Under the pieces are notes generated by a model. That model worked only from the letters and a program-made list of their open reading frames with translations. It was not told the origin of the DNA and did not search any database. From sequence record DRR378314_1063: a stretch of DNA of 41,093 nucleotides. One strand, written 5' to 3'. Position numbers and translations under genes: made by a program. Shown piece by piece: positions 40,761-41,093 of this stretch; within the stretch, counting starts at the first letter, position 1; the number at the start of each line of letters is the position of its first letter.

Positions 40761-41093
40761 ATGTCAGGCAATTCGCAGAAATCACGTCTTAAAGACCTCA
40801 TTGCACGAGGCAAGGAACAAGGTTACCTGACTTACGCCGAGGTAAACGACCACCTCCCGGAAGACATTGCTGACCCGGACCAGGTCGAAGACATCATTCG
40901 CATGATCAACGACATGGGCATCCAGGTGTCTGAAGTGGCACCGGACGCAGACACGCTGTTGATGACCGACGGCGACTCCACCGCTGATGAAGCAGCGGCC
41001 GCCGAAGCCGCCGCCGCCCTCGCCGCCGTTGAATCCGACGCCGGCCGCACCACTGACCCAGTCCGCATGTACATGCGCGAAATGGGCACCGTG
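40761..41093 (+). CDS. rpoD: RNA polymerase sigma factor RpoD (5' part, runs off the window)
   Basis: MSGNSQKSRLKDLIARGKEQGYLTYAEVNDHLP...GRTTDPVRMYMREMG. Absent from the ORF track because there is no stop in the window. Confidence 0.98.
   Translation, partial: MSGNSQKSRLKDLIARGKEQGYLTYAEVNDHLPEDIADPDQVEDIIRMINDMGIQVSEVAPDADTLLMTDGDSTADEAAAAEAAAALAAVESDAGRTTDPVRMYMREMGTV

Overview
This is a mostly core-genome segment of a gammaproteobacterium. Gene content and protein style suggest Marinobacter or a close relative, which is inference. The first block, left to right, is a probable rRNA-operon promoter at the edge, tyrS, an M23 peptidase, anmK, erpA (with an IscR box), bactofilin, a DUF6776-like protein, argC, a divergent ClC, hemJ, thiD, thiE and hemL. 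An accessory block follows at 12.3-17.5 kb: a secreted lipase; a four-gene minus-strand unit of ECF sigma, zinc anti-sigma, small secreted protein and TPR/beta-barrel outer membrane protein; and a divergent DUF4382-like lipoprotein. The rest is lpoP, mrcB, an APH/P-loop kinase, a pentapeptide protein, sfsA, dksA, gluQ, cbrX-cbrA-cbrB, an unannotated CrcZ-like sRNA, pcnB, folK, panB, panC, pgi, a second folK, folB, plsY, tsaD, rpsU, dnaG and partial rpoD. Three observations stand out: (1) the ECF module, with two matching GGAAC-N17-CGT promoter candidates and a Slam-like barrel facing a lipoprotein; (2) a complete CbrX/CbrAB/sigma54/CrcZ-type catabolite repression module in a probable non-Pseudomonas host; (3) thiD apparently initiating at AUC. 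No mobile elements, CRISPR arrays or tRNA/rRNA genes were seen. All family calls come from reading the translations by eye, not from database searches.
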